From IMG/VR virus record IMGVR_UViG_3300002220_000624: a stretch of 64,000 nt of DNA, one strand, 5' to 3'. Both the position numbers and the translations under genes were made by a program. Below the pieces are notes generated by a model. The model was not told the DNA's origin. It did no database searches and saw only the letters and a list, made by a program, of their open reading frames with translations. The first letter of the stretch is position 1; each line of letters begins with the position of its first letter. Below, in pieces: positions 1 to 10,742 of this stretch. The stretch comes from an uncultured virus (IMG/VR IMGVR_UViG_3300002220_000624) (Duplodnaviria; Heunggongvirae; Uroviricota; Caudoviricetes).

Positions 1-462
1 GGCACGCTCGCCGTACCCGCTGCTGGCAGTGTGGCTCTCGGAGTCCCGGTAGACGCTGGAGTGGGCACGGCGGTCCTGACGCAGGCGGCGGTCGAAGCAG
101 GAACAGCCGCAGCTACACTCGCAATTAGAAACGACATCGCCAACATAGACTGGACAGCCCGCGCATTACTAACCGGCACCGTCGGAACCGTAACATCCAA
201 CAGCGACTTCACACTGTTAAGCGACGACCTTTCCGCAACAGACAACCAGTACAAAAATTGCTGGCTAGTCTTTGAGACCGGGAACAATGTTGGTGTTGCA
301 CGTTTCATTGGAGCTTATACTGGCTCCACGAAACGAGTACAGTTTAACGGCGGCGGCTTTGGTCGTGGCGAGTTTCCTAGTGATGTAGTCGCTGGCGATC
401 AGTGGCGTCTGTTACCGACGACCGACTTGGTTGCCGGTATTGTAGGAGTTCGCGCAACATGA
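1..462 (+). CDS. C-terminal part of putative virion/tail-associated protein (5' truncated by window edge)
   Basis: Frame is open from base 1 (GTLAVPAAGSVALGVPVDAGVGTAV...). G/A/T/V-rich. Lies next to fibre-like genes. Confidence 0.5.
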   Translation, partial: GTLAVPAAGSVALGVPVDAGVGTAVLTQAAVEAGTAAATLAIRNDIANIDWTARALLTGTVGTVTSNSDFTLLSDDLSATDNQYKNCWLVFETGNNVGVARFIGAYTGSTKRVQFNGGGFGRGEFPSDVVAGDQWRLLPTTDLVAGIVGVRAT

Positions 463-1272
463 GTTTACTAGCTCCAGTTCATGGCACTCCTTACGTCGGC
501 GGTCCTTTACCAGCGATCTGTGGCGTTTCCGAGTCTGGGCTGCAATCGAACTGGAAGGTCAATTATAACGCTGTAGCGGCTCCTGCTGTAACCGACGATT
601 CATCAAAGGGCTATTCTGTTGGATCGAGATGGTACTATGGCACCAATATTTATGAGTGCGTGAGTGCTGGAGTTGGTGCGGCTGTTTGGTCGCAAATTAA
701 CGCTGTTACATTGCCAGCCGGAACCGGGACTGAGTTGCAGTATCGCAACGGATCGGCATTCGGGGCTGTGGCTGGTTCGTCGTGGGACGGGACGAAGTTG
801 CAAATTACAGGAAACATAGAATCTACCAACATACACACGAGGACTCTTGGTTCTACGTTTCTGGGCAAGAATCAAACTGGTCAATCTCTGAATTATGTAA
901 CACTGATCGGGGATGGGTGTTATGCCGCAAACTCAGCCAGTGTTGGAGTGGGTTATGCAACATACGTTGCTGCTCAGTCCACTGCCATTGGGTCCCAGGC
1001 TAGGGCAGAAGGTTACGCATCCATTGCCATCGGCAGATCGGCCACAAGCAATGTCGCTTTAACCTGCGTTTTCGGTTGCGGTGATTACCCGATAAATGTA
1101 ATTCATGCGGGGAAGGGGATTACCCATGCAACACCGACCGCATGGACGCTGAAGGGCACTGGCGGCTCCGGCACCAACGTCGTCGGCGGGACGCTGTACA
1201 TCGCCCCAGGACCATCGACCGGCAACGCTACGCCGTCTGCGGTCGTGATCCAGTCCACCGTCCCCGGATCCA
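459..1272 (+). CDS. Tail fibre/adhesin-like protein, N-terminal part (YadA-head-like repeats); frameshifted at ~1272
   Basis: ATG at 459 overlaps the upstream stop. Contains STAIGSQARAEGYASIAIGRSATS repeats. The protein-like sequence switches frame at the 31-bp duplication at 1242-1303. Confidence 0.55.
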
Positions 1273-2433
1273 GTCGTGGTGCAATCCACCGTCGCCGGAA
1301 CCAGCGGGAGCACGTCGCAGACGTTGGTGAATCTGGTGACGTTCGAGAACGGGCAGGTGAATGTAGAAAACGCATATCCGCTTCGGTTTTTGGCGGCAGA
1401 CAGAACTTTGCGTGCGACAATAGCTGTAAGCATTGGAAACAACTATCAATCGTTTCAAGGTCGATACAGTCATGGGATTTATACTTTCGACACCGGTGCC
1501 AGGGTAATGCTCACCACAGGAACGGATTTGACGGCACCTGGAATGCCGTTCGCAATTCGTGGAAACATTTACGCCTCTAATTCCGAAGTCACTGACATGC
1601 TCGGAATCGGCGTTAACCCTAACATTGCCGTAGCGAATGGGCTTGGTACGTCTCTGCTGTTTCGTGCGAAATCTTCAACGACGAACGATCAAAGCCAGGG
1701 CAGGGTCGCTGCGTTTTGGAGCGATGCAACGCACGCAGCACGAACCGGGATCGTATCAATCGGTACGGTCTACAATGCCGGACCGATGACGGAACAATTT
1801 CAGGTCCGAGGGAATGGCGTCGTCAGGGCGCTGTTTGACGCGACGAACTACGCCGACTTCGCGGTCTCGTCCGCAGGCAACTTGACGGTTACGCCCAGCG
1901 GCGGCTTGGCTTCGCTCGTTGGCGACTTTGCCGTCGCATCGACAAACTATCACTACTGGGGAGCCTCCGACACAGACGGTTCATGGCGAATGGGACGCAG
2001 CGGCGATAACATCGTCATCGAGCGGAGAGAGGCAGGTTCATACGTCTCATCTGCCGCAGCCGCATTAGCTGTAGCCGCAGACATCAACATGGGCGAAAAC
2101 TCAGTCTATTTCGGCTCCACCGAAACCACTGCTACACCAACTGGAACCGAAGTCTCCTTAAATCTCGGCACAAAGAATCACCAGACGCTTGACACCAGCT
2201 CTGCCTCTGGCGATTTAACACTGTCAATCACGCCACCCAGCGGTCCCTGTGCAGGTACGATCATTGTTGTACAGGGAGCCACGGCACGCGATCTGACAAT
2301 TAGTTTGACAAGCGGAACATTGAAATGGCTTGGCTCTGTGCCTAGCTGGACATACGACACCAATAAGTACCGCATGATGGCGTGGCGGTGGAATGGAACA
2401 CATCTGTTACTTAGTGCTACGGAGGCAGCATAA
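1273..2433 (+). CDS. Tail fibre-like protein, C-terminal part (continuation of the 459 ORF after the frameshift)
   Basis: G/S/T-rich beta-strand-type sequence with a WRMG...IERR motif. Begins at the second copy of the duplicated VV(I/V)QSTV segment. Confidence 0.55.
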   Translation, partial: VVVQSTVAGTSGSTSQTLVNLVTFENGQVNVENAYPLRFLAADRTLRATIAVSIGNNYQSFQGRYSHGIYTFDTGARVMLTTGTDLTAPGMPFAIRGNIYASNSEVTDMLGIGVNPNIAVANGLGTSLLFRAKSSTTNDQSQGRVAAFWSDATHAARTGIVSIGTVYNAGPMTEQFQVRGNGVVRALFDATNYADFAVSSAGNLTVTPSGGLASLVGDFAVASTNYHYWGASDTDGSWRMGRSGDNIVIERREAGSYVSSAAAALAVAADINMGENSVYFGSTETTATPTGTEVSLNLGTKNHQTLDTSSASGDLTLSITPPSGPCAGTIIVVQGATARDLTISLTSGTLKWLGSVPSWTYDTNKYRMMAWRWNGTHLLLSATEAA

Positions 2434-2888
2434 TGAATGAACGCGAAGAAGCATTGAAGCCAGAATACGCTGCCATGACTCCGCAGCAAGTTGCCGATGC
2501 AGTCAATAGCCAGACTGTACCGGCAGAGCCAGTTTGTGTCTTTCTGTCGTTTCGCTCTCTTGGCGCATTACTTACATGTGCCGAGTATGATACACTTCGC
2601 TGGATTTTGGATTCGGCGTGTGAACAAGAAAAAGCAACTAATGGTCATCGCTTGCAAGATATTCGCGATATGCTAAAACAGCCTGGAGACCAAGCAGGTA
2701 ATGGTGGCGGAATTGATTTTAATTTGGCGGAAACGATGCTGAATTTGGAGCATCTTTGCTCGCAGAGTGAGTTGGTTTCTGCTGTTCCAGCAAAAATCGC
2801 AAGTTATGTTGCCTCGATGCAACCAGCGCCAACTAAGAAGTTTCGTGAAATTCACGCCGGTGATGTAGCCTACTGGAGAAACCAATGA
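2433..2888 (+). CDS. hypothetical phage protein
   Basis: 151-aa ORF translationally coupled to both neighbours. Confidence 0.6.
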   Translation: MNEREEALKPEYAAMTPQQVADAVNSQTVPAEPVCVFLSFRSLGALLTCAEYDTLRWILDSACEQEKATNGHRLQDIRDMLKQPGDQAGNGGGIDFNLAETMLNLEHLCSQSELVSAVPAKIASYVASMQPAPTKKFREIHAGDVAYWRNQ

Positions 2889-3340
2889 GCACCCTAAGAC
2901 CAAAATTCAGTACACCGGCACAACTAACAATTACACTGGCGGCTCTTGCCAGCAGCACAACCGGCGTCGGTAGGCAATGTACTCTAGTTAACAACTCAGT
3001 CACGCGGTATGACTTGATTAACCTGTATGGGAAAATCACGACAGGCACATCACCAACAACTGGCAAGGCAATTTACATTTACTTACTTCGTGGTGATGGA
3101 ACGCGGCGTACAGACAGCGCTGGAGCGAATGACGCAGCTATTGCTCGAATTACCGCAGTGCTGATTAAGCAAATCGGAATTGACGCCACAAGCGACAAGG
3201 CGTATGAATGGGACGCTGTAATTGCGGACCCAGGACCAGAGTGGGGCATTGCTATCGTACACGACACCGCAGTTAACCTAAATGCGACAGCAGAGAATCA
3301 TGCGATTTTCTGGGTTGGGTCGCACATGGAGCAAGTGTGA
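2885..3340 (+). CDS. hypothetical virion-associated protein (beta-rich)
   Basis: 151-aa ORF, ATGA overlap with the upstream gene, directly before the LamG-like gene. Confidence 0.6.
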   Translation: MSTLRPKFSTPAQLTITLAALASSTTGVGRQCTLVNNSVTRYDLINLYGKITTGTSPTTGKAIYIYLLRGDGTRRTDSAGANDAAIARITAVLIKQIGIDATSDKAYEWDAVIADPGPEWGIAIVHDTAVNLNATAENHAIFWVGSHMEQV

Positions 3341-4137
3341 GACGCAGAGCAGCTCCGACAGGGCTGATTCACGGTCCCTGGCGTAAAAATCCGAAAGCAC
3401 CAAGCAGCCTATGGGACGGTCTTGTCCTCGACGGTGCCTACGCCGGGCTGCATCCTGGGACTAACCGATTCGTGGATGGGAGCGGACTAGAGAATCACGG
3501 CACGCTGACGAACATGGACGCGGCGAGTGATTGGGTGTGGAGCGAAGAAATTTGCCGTGGAGGAATCCGTTTTGACTCTGGGTCGGAGAGAATTGAAGTC
3601 GCGAAATCCGACGCGTTGAAATCGAGCGGCGAGTTGAGCATTTCCGCGTGGTACACCGCAGACGTAAATTTGGCTGGACAGGTAATCGCGCTTTATGGAC
3701 GCGACATTCCGACGGCTGAATATGGCTGGTATGTAGGCGCAAGCGGAGTGTTTCGACTACTCGCCAGGATCAGCAGCGGCAGTGCTGCTGACACCATGCA
3801 GACGGCAGAAAACGCTTACGCTGACGATGGCACATACAGGCACGTAACCGCGGTGTGGCCTGGGGTCGGAGCCACAGCGGTCCTATACGCAAACGGTGTC
3901 CCATCTGTTACGACAACACAATCTGTCGTCCCACAGCAGTATGCAACCCTTGGCTTATGTATCGGGAACAGTGCAAACGTATCGCGAGACTGGAGAGGCA
4001 CTATATCTGACATGCTGATTCACTCGCGACCACTATTGCCTGCCGAAATCGAATGGCTAGCCGACCCAGCGCACCGCATGTACGAGCCCGACACGCGGCG
4101 GCAGTGNNGCAGTGTGCGTTTCCACGCAACCCAATAG
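3337..4137 (+). CDS. LamG/concanavalin A-like lectin domain protein
   Basis: Motifs DGSGLENHGTLTNM, LSISAW, YRHVTAVW, LYANG, WRGTISDMLIHSRPL..EI. The 3' end is uncertain (nn at 4107-4108). Confidence 0.75.
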   Translation: MRRRAAPTGLIHGPWRKNPKAPSSLWDGLVLDGAYAGLHPGTNRFVDGSGLENHGTLTNMDAASDWVWSEEICRGGIRFDSGSERIEVAKSDALKSSGELSISAWYTADVNLAGQVIALYGRDIPTAEYGWYVGASGVFRLLARISSGSAADTMQTAENAYADDGTYRHVTAVWPGVGATAVLYANGVPSVTTTQSVVPQQYATLGLCIGNSANVSRDWRGTISDMLIHSRPLLPAEIEWLADPAHRMYEPDTRRQXXSVRFHATQ

Positions 4138-4204
4138 CAATGCTCGCGGGTGCAAACTTTTAACACTATAAATCCAATAAAGAACTAGTTACGGAGAAAA
4201 CGAA

Positions 4205-4513
4205 ATGTCAGACGCACAAACAGCCCGAGTCACCGAGAAAGCCGCAGCCATCGAAGAACTTCGCCTGCAAGCAAAGCGATTCGTCGAAATGGTCGCCGCT
4301 TCACAGATCGCGATGAAACAACTGATGCTGTGGGGTGGTCCTACAGCGAGTGATATGGGTAATGTATCAGAAGAGATCGCCAACGAGCGACTAGCACAGA
4401 CGCTAGCATCTCTGGATGCCGCACAGGCACTCTTGGAGACACTTGGACAACCCTGTCCGAACTTCCCAGACACAACCATTGGCGATGCGTTGATGCGTAT
4501 CGCCAGCCGTTAG
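4205..4513 (+). CDS. hypothetical protein
   Basis: 102-aa ORF with GGAG RBS. Confidence 0.6.
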   Translation: MSDAQTARVTEKAAAIEELRLQAKRFVEMVAASQIAMKQLMLWGGPTASDMGNVSEEIANERLAQTLASLDAAQALLETLGQPCPNFPDTTIGDALMRIASR

Positions 4514-4525
4514 AAAGGCAACAAC

Positions 4526-4852
4526 ATGATTATTGATGATACCGTCGTACTTGACGACGACGACAAACCCGTAAAGGGCGGTGAAAACGAAGGCGACTGG
4601 ACCATGCGACATGCATGCTGGTTTGCATGTGCCAAGAGTCGTATTGGTGCCGACGGTAGACCAGCAACTACAGAAGAACTTACCATGCGGGGCAGAATCG
4701 CTCGCCGTATCAAAAAGCGGCAGGATATCGACGCTACCGAAGTGGCGAAAGTTCGCGAATGCTTGGGCTATCACGGATTCCCAGCAGACTTTGTCTACTC
4801 CGTGAGCGACTACCTCGACACGCTAGTAGTTGAAAGCAAAAAGAAGGACTAG
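4526..4852 (+). CDS. hypothetical protein
   Basis: 108-aa ORF with AAGG RBS. Confidence 0.6.
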   Translation: MIIDDTVVLDDDDKPVKGGENEGDWTMRHACWFACAKSRIGADGRPATTEELTMRGRIARRIKKRQDIDATEVAKVRECLGYHGFPADFVYSVSDYLDTLVVESKKKD

Positions 4853-4858
4853 GTTACT

Positions 4859-6028
4859 ATGGCGACTACACCTATCGAGCTTCGCACGATTCCAGGCTTG
4901 ACGTTGACGGCAGATTTGTATGCTCTCGGCAACGATACTGTCGTCCAGGCAGGAATCACGCTAACAGAGCAGACAAATCGCAGCGGCTTCTACCGTGGAA
5001 ACATCACGGCTGCGGCGTCTGGCTGGCACACACTGTCAGTGAAGCTCGGTACGGCTGTAATCGACATTCTTGACATCGCCAATTTGCAAGATACAACCGA
5101 TCTCCAGTACGCGAGAACTGCTGGAGATCAGTCTGCTGTTCAATCCGCAGCCGCAGCGGCGATTGCGGCGGCTGAGCCGATTCGGGCAAACGCTGTCGAG
5201 ATTGGCGGTGTATCAGTCGAACCAGCCGATATAAGCCAGGATGTTCGTGACGCAATGGAACTGGAAAGTACAAGCGGGGAAGATTCGATTGACGACAAAC
5301 TGAATGCTCTAAGTTTTTCCGCAGGAGCGTCGGAGCTAAAAATTGATGCAATAAAAAGTGACACATCAAATATATCCAGTAAAACGGATAATGTTATTGA
5401 GAAGTTAACAGTGTTAACAGAGATTTCAGGGATTGGTCCTGTACCAGCTACTATTAGAGTGCTAGACCAGAACGGAAATCCTGTCCTTAATGCAATGGTT
5501 TTAGCTTATGATTCAGGAGTGCTCTCTGGAAAGGGCACAACAAATGAAAACGGAGAAGTAACACTCGGTCTTTCAAATGCAATATACGATATTATACTGT
5601 ACCACACTGGATACTCGTCGTCGCCAAAAAGACTAACCGTATCTGCTCCAGTTACTGTGTCATACTCAATAGAAATGATAACACTATCTGGTAGCAACGA
5701 CCAAGATTGGTGTTACATATATGCATATATATATAATGAAAATGGGCAGATCTCGCCAGAAACAGAAGCGTCAATAAGAATAATAAAAGAACCTACAGGA
5801 AGTGGCGGTATTTTTAGTGGTAAAATTAACACTGTAAAAAGTGATGACAATGGATTAGTTTCATGGTCCGGTGACATAAGATTCCCAGTTGGATGTCAAA
5901 TAGAATACTGGAGAGGGCCATCAGAGCCATCGTCTAAGAATGCGAAGAAAGTTACTGTCTCGTCTTCTTTAGTAAGTAACGGCGTTTTTTGGCTACCAAA
6001 GATAGTTGGTGGAGTAGAGGAAAGCTAA
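4859..6028 (+). CDS. putative structural protein with Ig-like/carboxypeptidase-regulatory-like domain
   Basis: IRVLDQNGNPVLNAMV...GTTNENGEVTL..Y.I...HTGY pattern. Confidence 0.55.
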   Translation: MATTPIELRTIPGLTLTADLYALGNDTVVQAGITLTEQTNRSGFYRGNITAAASGWHTLSVKLGTAVIDILDIANLQDTTDLQYARTAGDQSAVQSAAAAAIAAAEPIRANAVEIGGVSVEPADISQDVRDAMELESTSGEDSIDDKLNALSFSAGASELKIDAIKSDTSNISSKTDNVIEKLTVLTEISGIGPVPATIRVLDQNGNPVLNAMVLAYDSGVLSGKGTTNENGEVTLGLSNAIYDIILYHTGYSSSPKRLTVSAPVTVSYSIEMITLSGSNDQDWCYIYAYIYNENGQISPETEASIRIIKEPTGSGGIFSGKINTVKSDDNGLVSWSGDIRFPVGCQIEYWRGPSEPSSKNAKKVTVSSSLVSNGVFWLPKIVGGVEES

Positions 6029-6029
6029 A

Positions 6030-6512
6030 TTGTCATTACAAATCCCGGAAGACTGCAGCGATTGTGCAGGGATACAGCTATCCGCAGGAATCTGCGGATT
6101 TTCTTATAATGCACCGTCAAATCCGTTGTTTGCTCCAATTGGAAACGGATCTGGCGTGCTTCAGTTTACGTATCCAACTGACTCGGATAGGGTTATGAGA
6201 TATGAAATTCTAATCGGAGACTCTATTTATGGACAATATAAAGTAATAGCATCATCTTTTTATAATAGGGTAATGCTAAGAGAACTGCCCATAGATCAAT
6301 TCTTTATGTCTGTTGCGGCAGTTTATAACGATGGAGTAAGAAGTAACCCCGTACAGGTTAAGCTTGGCAAGATTTCTTCTGTTGATAACTGCGACTTCTA
6401 TATTTCATCAATTGCAGGAACGACGGTTCCTGCTGAAACAAGACTTTCATTCCTTGATAGAAAAACAGGAAACATAGTAAGATGTAAGGTTAAGAATGAA
6501 ATCAGCTTATAG
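6030..6512 (+). CDS. hypothetical protein (possible FN3-like fold)
   Basis: ORF within the operon; YEI...VAAVY..G..S pattern. Confidence 0.45.
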   Translation: MSLQIPEDCSDCAGIQLSAGICGFSYNAPSNPLFAPIGNGSGVLQFTYPTDSDRVMRYEILIGDSIYGQYKVIASSFYNRVMLRELPIDQFFMSVAAVYNDGVRSNPVQVKLGKISSVDNCDFYISSIAGTTVPAETRLSFLDRKTGNIVRCKVKNEISL

Positions 6513-6521
6513 GAATCTTAA

Positions 6522-7244
6522 ATGAGTAACCTAAGACTCGGTACTTACATTGACACTGATGTATATTATGCAGATCCACTTTCTGTTTATGCTCTCATAT
6601 TCAATTCAGATAACAATGCTATCAAGGAAAGTGTTGGTATATATTCTTTCGATGAATACTTATTAGTAAACCATAGTGATTACTGCATTGATCTACTAGA
6701 GCACTCAAATAGAACGAGATACTTTTTTGCAGATATAGACACATCATCTCTAGTGATGCCGTCAACAAGCAATGGAAGTCTTTACTGCATAGAATATTGG
6801 ATGAAGTCAAGTGAATCTGAATACAGCAGAGAAAATGATTTCTTCCTTTCGCATGAAATGTTTATGTGGGACAGCGTATACAAGAGAAGGTATTACGGCG
6901 AAATAAGCATCGAACAGGAAAAAAGACTTGTATATGCAAAGGCAAATGTATCTGCTGCTTACGACAGCATAGAAGGTAAGGTACGCATAATAGGCTGGCT
7001 TGAGATTGCTGGAAGAATTATTGAAACAACAAAAAGACTTGACGTGTATTGGAATAGCTTCGATGATACAGAGATAGCTTCTGCGCAGAAAACTGTGCAT
7101 CAATCAAATACTCCTGGAGTGTTTGCAATAGAAATATCTGGCATAGACCTAAACCCTGATTTAGTGACGCCAATAAAAGCTGTTATCGTTGATGAAGATG
7201 ATATTGAATATGGGTCTGTAGTGTCGGCAGCAACCTATGACTAA
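6522..7244 (+). CDS. hypothetical virion protein
   Basis: 240-aa acidic ORF, AGGA RBS. Confidence 0.55.
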   Translation: MSNLRLGTYIDTDVYYADPLSVYALIFNSDNNAIKESVGIYSFDEYLLVNHSDYCIDLLEHSNRTRYFFADIDTSSLVMPSTSNGSLYCIEYWMKSSESEYSRENDFFLSHEMFMWDSVYKRRYYGEISIEQEKRLVYAKANVSAAYDSIEGKVRIIGWLEIAGRIIETTKRLDVYWNSFDDTEIASAQKTVHQSNTPGVFAIEISGIDLNPDLVTPIKAVIVDEDDIEYGSVVSAATYD

Positions 7245-7581
7245 ATTAGTATGCACAGATAATAATCTATTTATAAAATCAACACACGGAAGCAGAAGGT
7301 TCTATAAGATTGATAAAGGTATTATTACGCATGGAACGCAATTGCTATTTGAGTCACAATTCAAAGGTGATATTTCTGTAAGCGTAGTTGAGCTTGAGAT
7401 TGATGAGTGCATTGCAAACATAGAGCCTGGTGAGTTAACACTGTTAAATAAGAATCATTTCTTGTTTATTGAGAATAAAGACAGTATATTCAGAATCGAA
7501 CAAGACGGTGACACTCCTGAGCTTGATTGTGGGATAGTTGAAATTAGTGCAACAGGCGTTGAAGTTATCATAGGTGCATAA
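7237..7581 (+). CDS. hypothetical protein
   Basis: 114-aa ORF overlapping both neighbours. Confidence 0.55.
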   Translation: MTKLVCTDNNLFIKSTHGSRRFYKIDKGIITHGTQLLFESQFKGDISVSVVELEIDECIANIEPGELTLLNKNHFLFIENKDSIFRIEQDGDTPELDCGIVEISATGVEVIIGA

Positions 7582-9977
7582 TGGCAACTAGGCTAGTTGG
7601 ATCTGCAGTATCGGTACTTGGGTGTCCAGTCAGCATAAGCTACAACAAGACGCACGGGCCTTCTGCGCCTATAGCAAATGTATCCTATGATCTTGGACTA
7701 CATTCTGTTGTAAGGGCATATACACCAGTAAAGCCTGTTAATGTTTTACTAACAACGGTTTCAATTAACTGTGATAGATCAGATTTTTATGGATTCGTCA
7801 CAACAGCCGAAATAACTACCGACGACTCCAGTGGGAAAGAAATTTTAACGCTGTCTATAGCTGAGTGGAGAGATAGACTCCATGATTATTTTGTTTTTGG
7901 TGCATTCAACATGATTGAATCAAATGGTGTATGTTGGCATATAATGCCTGGTCATTATAATACTCAGGTTAAAAGCTATATAACAAAAGAGCTTGACCAA
8001 GTTGATTTCGATGAACTCCAAAACCTGAGTACAGCCACTGGTGCTATAGAAGTTGTTTCAAAAGATAGGCTGCTATCTGCTGCAACGATAATGAACATGA
8101 TTGCACTGCAATTTAGTTTTAATTGGACAGCAGACAGTGTTGTAATGAATGTTTTAATGAAATCAAAACCATTTAATATAGATTGGCAGCAGGGTGTTTC
8201 AGGTGCAGATGCATTAGAGGATTTATTGTCAAGAATGAATATGAGATGGACGACAAGCGGAACCAATACTGTAGTAGTGACACTGAAGGGATCAACAACA
8301 AATCTATTCTTTGAGCAGTTTCTTGATTTTAGAAAAAGAATGTGCTCATATAATGGGAGATACGCCAGCGCAGGCGAAGAAATAAATGAGCAAGGAAGAA
8401 ACATACTAATAGTAGGAGAAAGAAATAGGTATCAATTCGTATTTCCATGTCAAATGGATTGGAATCCAAGGTTTACGTTTCGACTTTGCTATGATGGATG
8501 GAGTTTAGCGAAACTATTGGATGATAATAATTTAACACCGTTAAGTAAGATTAAAGATCTTCCTCCAGCGTATCACGATAAGAAAATATGGCATCAAAAC
8601 GCTGATGGATTTGGTGGAGGTAATACGCCAGGAGGTGGGCATCCAAATAAAAAACTGAGAATGGAAATGCCTATATATCAGTATATAAAAGATGTATGCT
8701 TCAAATCATATAGAATAGATTTTGGGCACACATGTAGAGATGTTAAATTAAATGCTGCTGAAATCAATTCATCTGCCGGATCTGTTAGAACAATAGACAA
8801 GAGGTTCTTGAGGTCGTGGCCATCGACTGAAGATCAACATAAAGAGAAGCCTATCAATGAGTATCCATTTAATTATCCAGGTAGATTCTTAGATGGAGCA
8901 ATAGTTACACCAACGACTCCACCATATTATGACGGTACACCTTACGACGGTACGCCAACTGGCGGATTCTATTATAACGACTACAATTCACTTTGGCCAT
9001 TATCTCAGAGCCTTGTTACTGACTCAAATGTTCAGTTCTATGTATTGCATACAACAAGAAAAATACTTGCAAACAATATGACTCCATTTGAAGAGCAGAG
9101 ATTCTTTGTTCCAACAAACGACGGGGTTTCGCTTGAGTCGCATGAAATAATAATGCCGAATACAGGGCAAATGGAATATTATATGCGGCTAGTTTTTTCT
9201 GATATTCAATTTAGACTACTCGATCTTGCTGATTGGAAGCAACCAAATAAGATTGAGCCAGACGCAATACTTGCTGTAATATCACTTGATAAAGAAATAT
9301 ACATGCATGAACAAGGTATTAAAACTGGGCCGAAAGTAAGAACGCAGAAACATGCCGTCAAGAGCCTGTATCAATCTTTTGTAGACGAACTAGAGGTTAT
9401 ATTCTTGGCAGAAAACTATCAATGGGACATGGCAAAGGGCGGTACTGTACCGGCAATGAGGCCAGTGTATGCTAGAGATATTGCAAAGAAAATTGCAGAT
9501 CACCTTCTGTTTCATTTTGCTATAAATAAGATGGGTTCAATGAGATTCAATCACACAGCATCTCACCAGCCAGATGGAGTTATTGAAAATATATCTGTAA
9601 ACTTTTCAGACAGTGACGGCATATCCGAGACTGTCAATTTTTCGAGAACGAGAAGGTTTCATAACCTAGCACCGATTCCTCCAAGCGTATACAGAGTAAG
9701 TCGAGAGCTAAAAACAGAATCAAAAGTTAATAGAGAAAGATTGGAGTCAATTGCAAAGCAAGTCATGACTCAGTTAAAAGTAGATGCTGGAAAGGGTCTT
9801 ACGAGTTTTGACTTTTACACAATACTAGGAGATATGTCTGCTGCTGCATCATGTATGACAAAATCAATTTTTGAAATGATTAACGCAGGAAGAAATACTA
9901 TAGCAGTTGAGCATCAGAATGCAGAGAAAATAGACGAAGCGACTGGGAGTATAATAGTAGTAGATGGCAATAATTAA
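7581..9977 (+). CDS. large putative tail/baseplate protein
   Basis: 798-aa ORF in the structural operon. The function call rests on context only. Confidence 0.5.
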   Translation: MATRLVGSAVSVLGCPVSISYNKTHGPSAPIANVSYDLGLHSVVRAYTPVKPVNVLLTTVSINCDRSDFYGFVTTAEITTDDSSGKEILTLSIAEWRDRLHDYFVFGAFNMIESNGVCWHIMPGHYNTQVKSYITKELDQVDFDELQNLSTATGAIEVVSKDRLLSAATIMNMIALQFSFNWTADSVVMNVLMKSKPFNIDWQQGVSGADALEDLLSRMNMRWTTSGTNTVVVTLKGSTTNLFFEQFLDFRKRMCSYNGRYASAGEEINEQGRNILIVGERNRYQFVFPCQMDWNPRFTFRLCYDGWSLAKLLDDNNLTPLSKIKDLPPAYHDKKIWHQNADGFGGGNTPGGGHPNKKLRMEMPIYQYIKDVCFKSYRIDFGHTCRDVKLNAAEINSSAGSVRTIDKRFLRSWPSTEDQHKEKPINEYPFNYPGRFLDGAIVTPTTPPYYDGTPYDGTPTGGFYYNDYNSLWPLSQSLVTDSNVQFYVLHTTRKILANNMTPFEEQRFFVPTNDGVSLESHEIIMPNTGQMEYYMRLVFSDIQFRLLDLADWKQPNKIEPDAILAVISLDKEIYMHEQGIKTGPKVRTQKHAVKSLYQSFVDELEVIFLAENYQWDMAKGGTVPAMRPVYARDIAKKIADHLLFHFAINKMGSMRFNHTASHQPDGVIENISVNFSDSDGISETVNFSRTRRFHNLAPIPPSVYRVSRELKTESKVNRERLESIAKQVMTQLKVDAGKGLTSFDFYTILGDMSAAASCMTKSIFEMINAGRNTIAVEHQNAEKIDEATGSIIVVDGNN

Positions 9978-9997
9978 ATTGCACAGGAAGGTGGTAT

Positions 9998-10732
9998 ATG
10001 ACAACAAAGCCTGTAAGAAAGGCCGTGGACAGAGAACGTCTAAAGCTGGATTATGCATCATATGATGGCTTGACGGATCATCAGAAGCGTGTTCAGATCA
10101 CAAAGCTGCTACAAAATAGCAGCTTTTGTGTTAATTTGACACCAGTTACAAAGAGCGACATAGAAGATACCATTGGATCGACAGTAACAGGCAAAGTTGG
10201 AGGCGGAGTTGCTATTGTTAGCGGTATTGCATATGCGAAAGCGTATTATGATGGAACAGATAAGACCGGAGAGATAAAAGCAGGACAGCCAGTTGTATTT
10301 GACACTGTTACTGGTGATTCTGTCACAGGAATAAATACATCATGGTCTCCGAGCGAATACAGAGTAGTTGGTATATCTCTTGTGAATTTCAATAAGCAAG
10401 CTCCGTATGCCGACTCAAATGAAAATCTGATACAGATAAAGCTAATAGAATTCGATCAGAGTGAGAGTGGCTTGATTGGATGCTGTTTAGTTGATGACCA
10501 TCCAGGTAGAGGCGTATTATTTGATGTCCATCTTGGGTACTGGGACTATATGAATTTGGTGTGGGTATACACAACAAGTATAGGGAAAGCGATAGATCAC
10601 AGATATGGCGTTCCGTATCCAGAGAAGGGTGCAACTGGATTGTTTGAGAAGCGTAAGTCTTATTCTCACGGTTTTATATGGGAGTGTGTATCACTCGATT
10701 GTGAAAGCCCAGGCGAATGCGTAATACAATAG
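9998..10732 (+). CDS. putative virion fibre/cement-like protein
   Basis: GEIKAGQPVVFD...VVGISL resembles small head-fibre/DUF2190-type motifs. Cys-rich C-terminus. Confidence 0.4.
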   Translation: MTTKPVRKAVDRERLKLDYASYDGLTDHQKRVQITKLLQNSSFCVNLTPVTKSDIEDTIGSTVTGKVGGGVAIVSGIAYAKAYYDGTDKTGEIKAGQPVVFDTVTGDSVTGINTSWSPSEYRVVGISLVNFNKQAPYADSNENLIQIKLIEFDQSESGLIGCCLVDDHPGRGVLFDVHLGYWDYMNLVWVYTTSIGKAIDHRYGVPYPEKGATGLFEKRKSYSHGFIWECVSLDCESPGECVIQ

Positions 10733-10742
10733 GGAATTTGAG

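Noticed and set aside
4100..4140. Biological truncation of the LamG gene
   Set aside because: Ambiguous nn bases at 4107-4108 indicate an assembly gap, so the frame beyond is unreliable.
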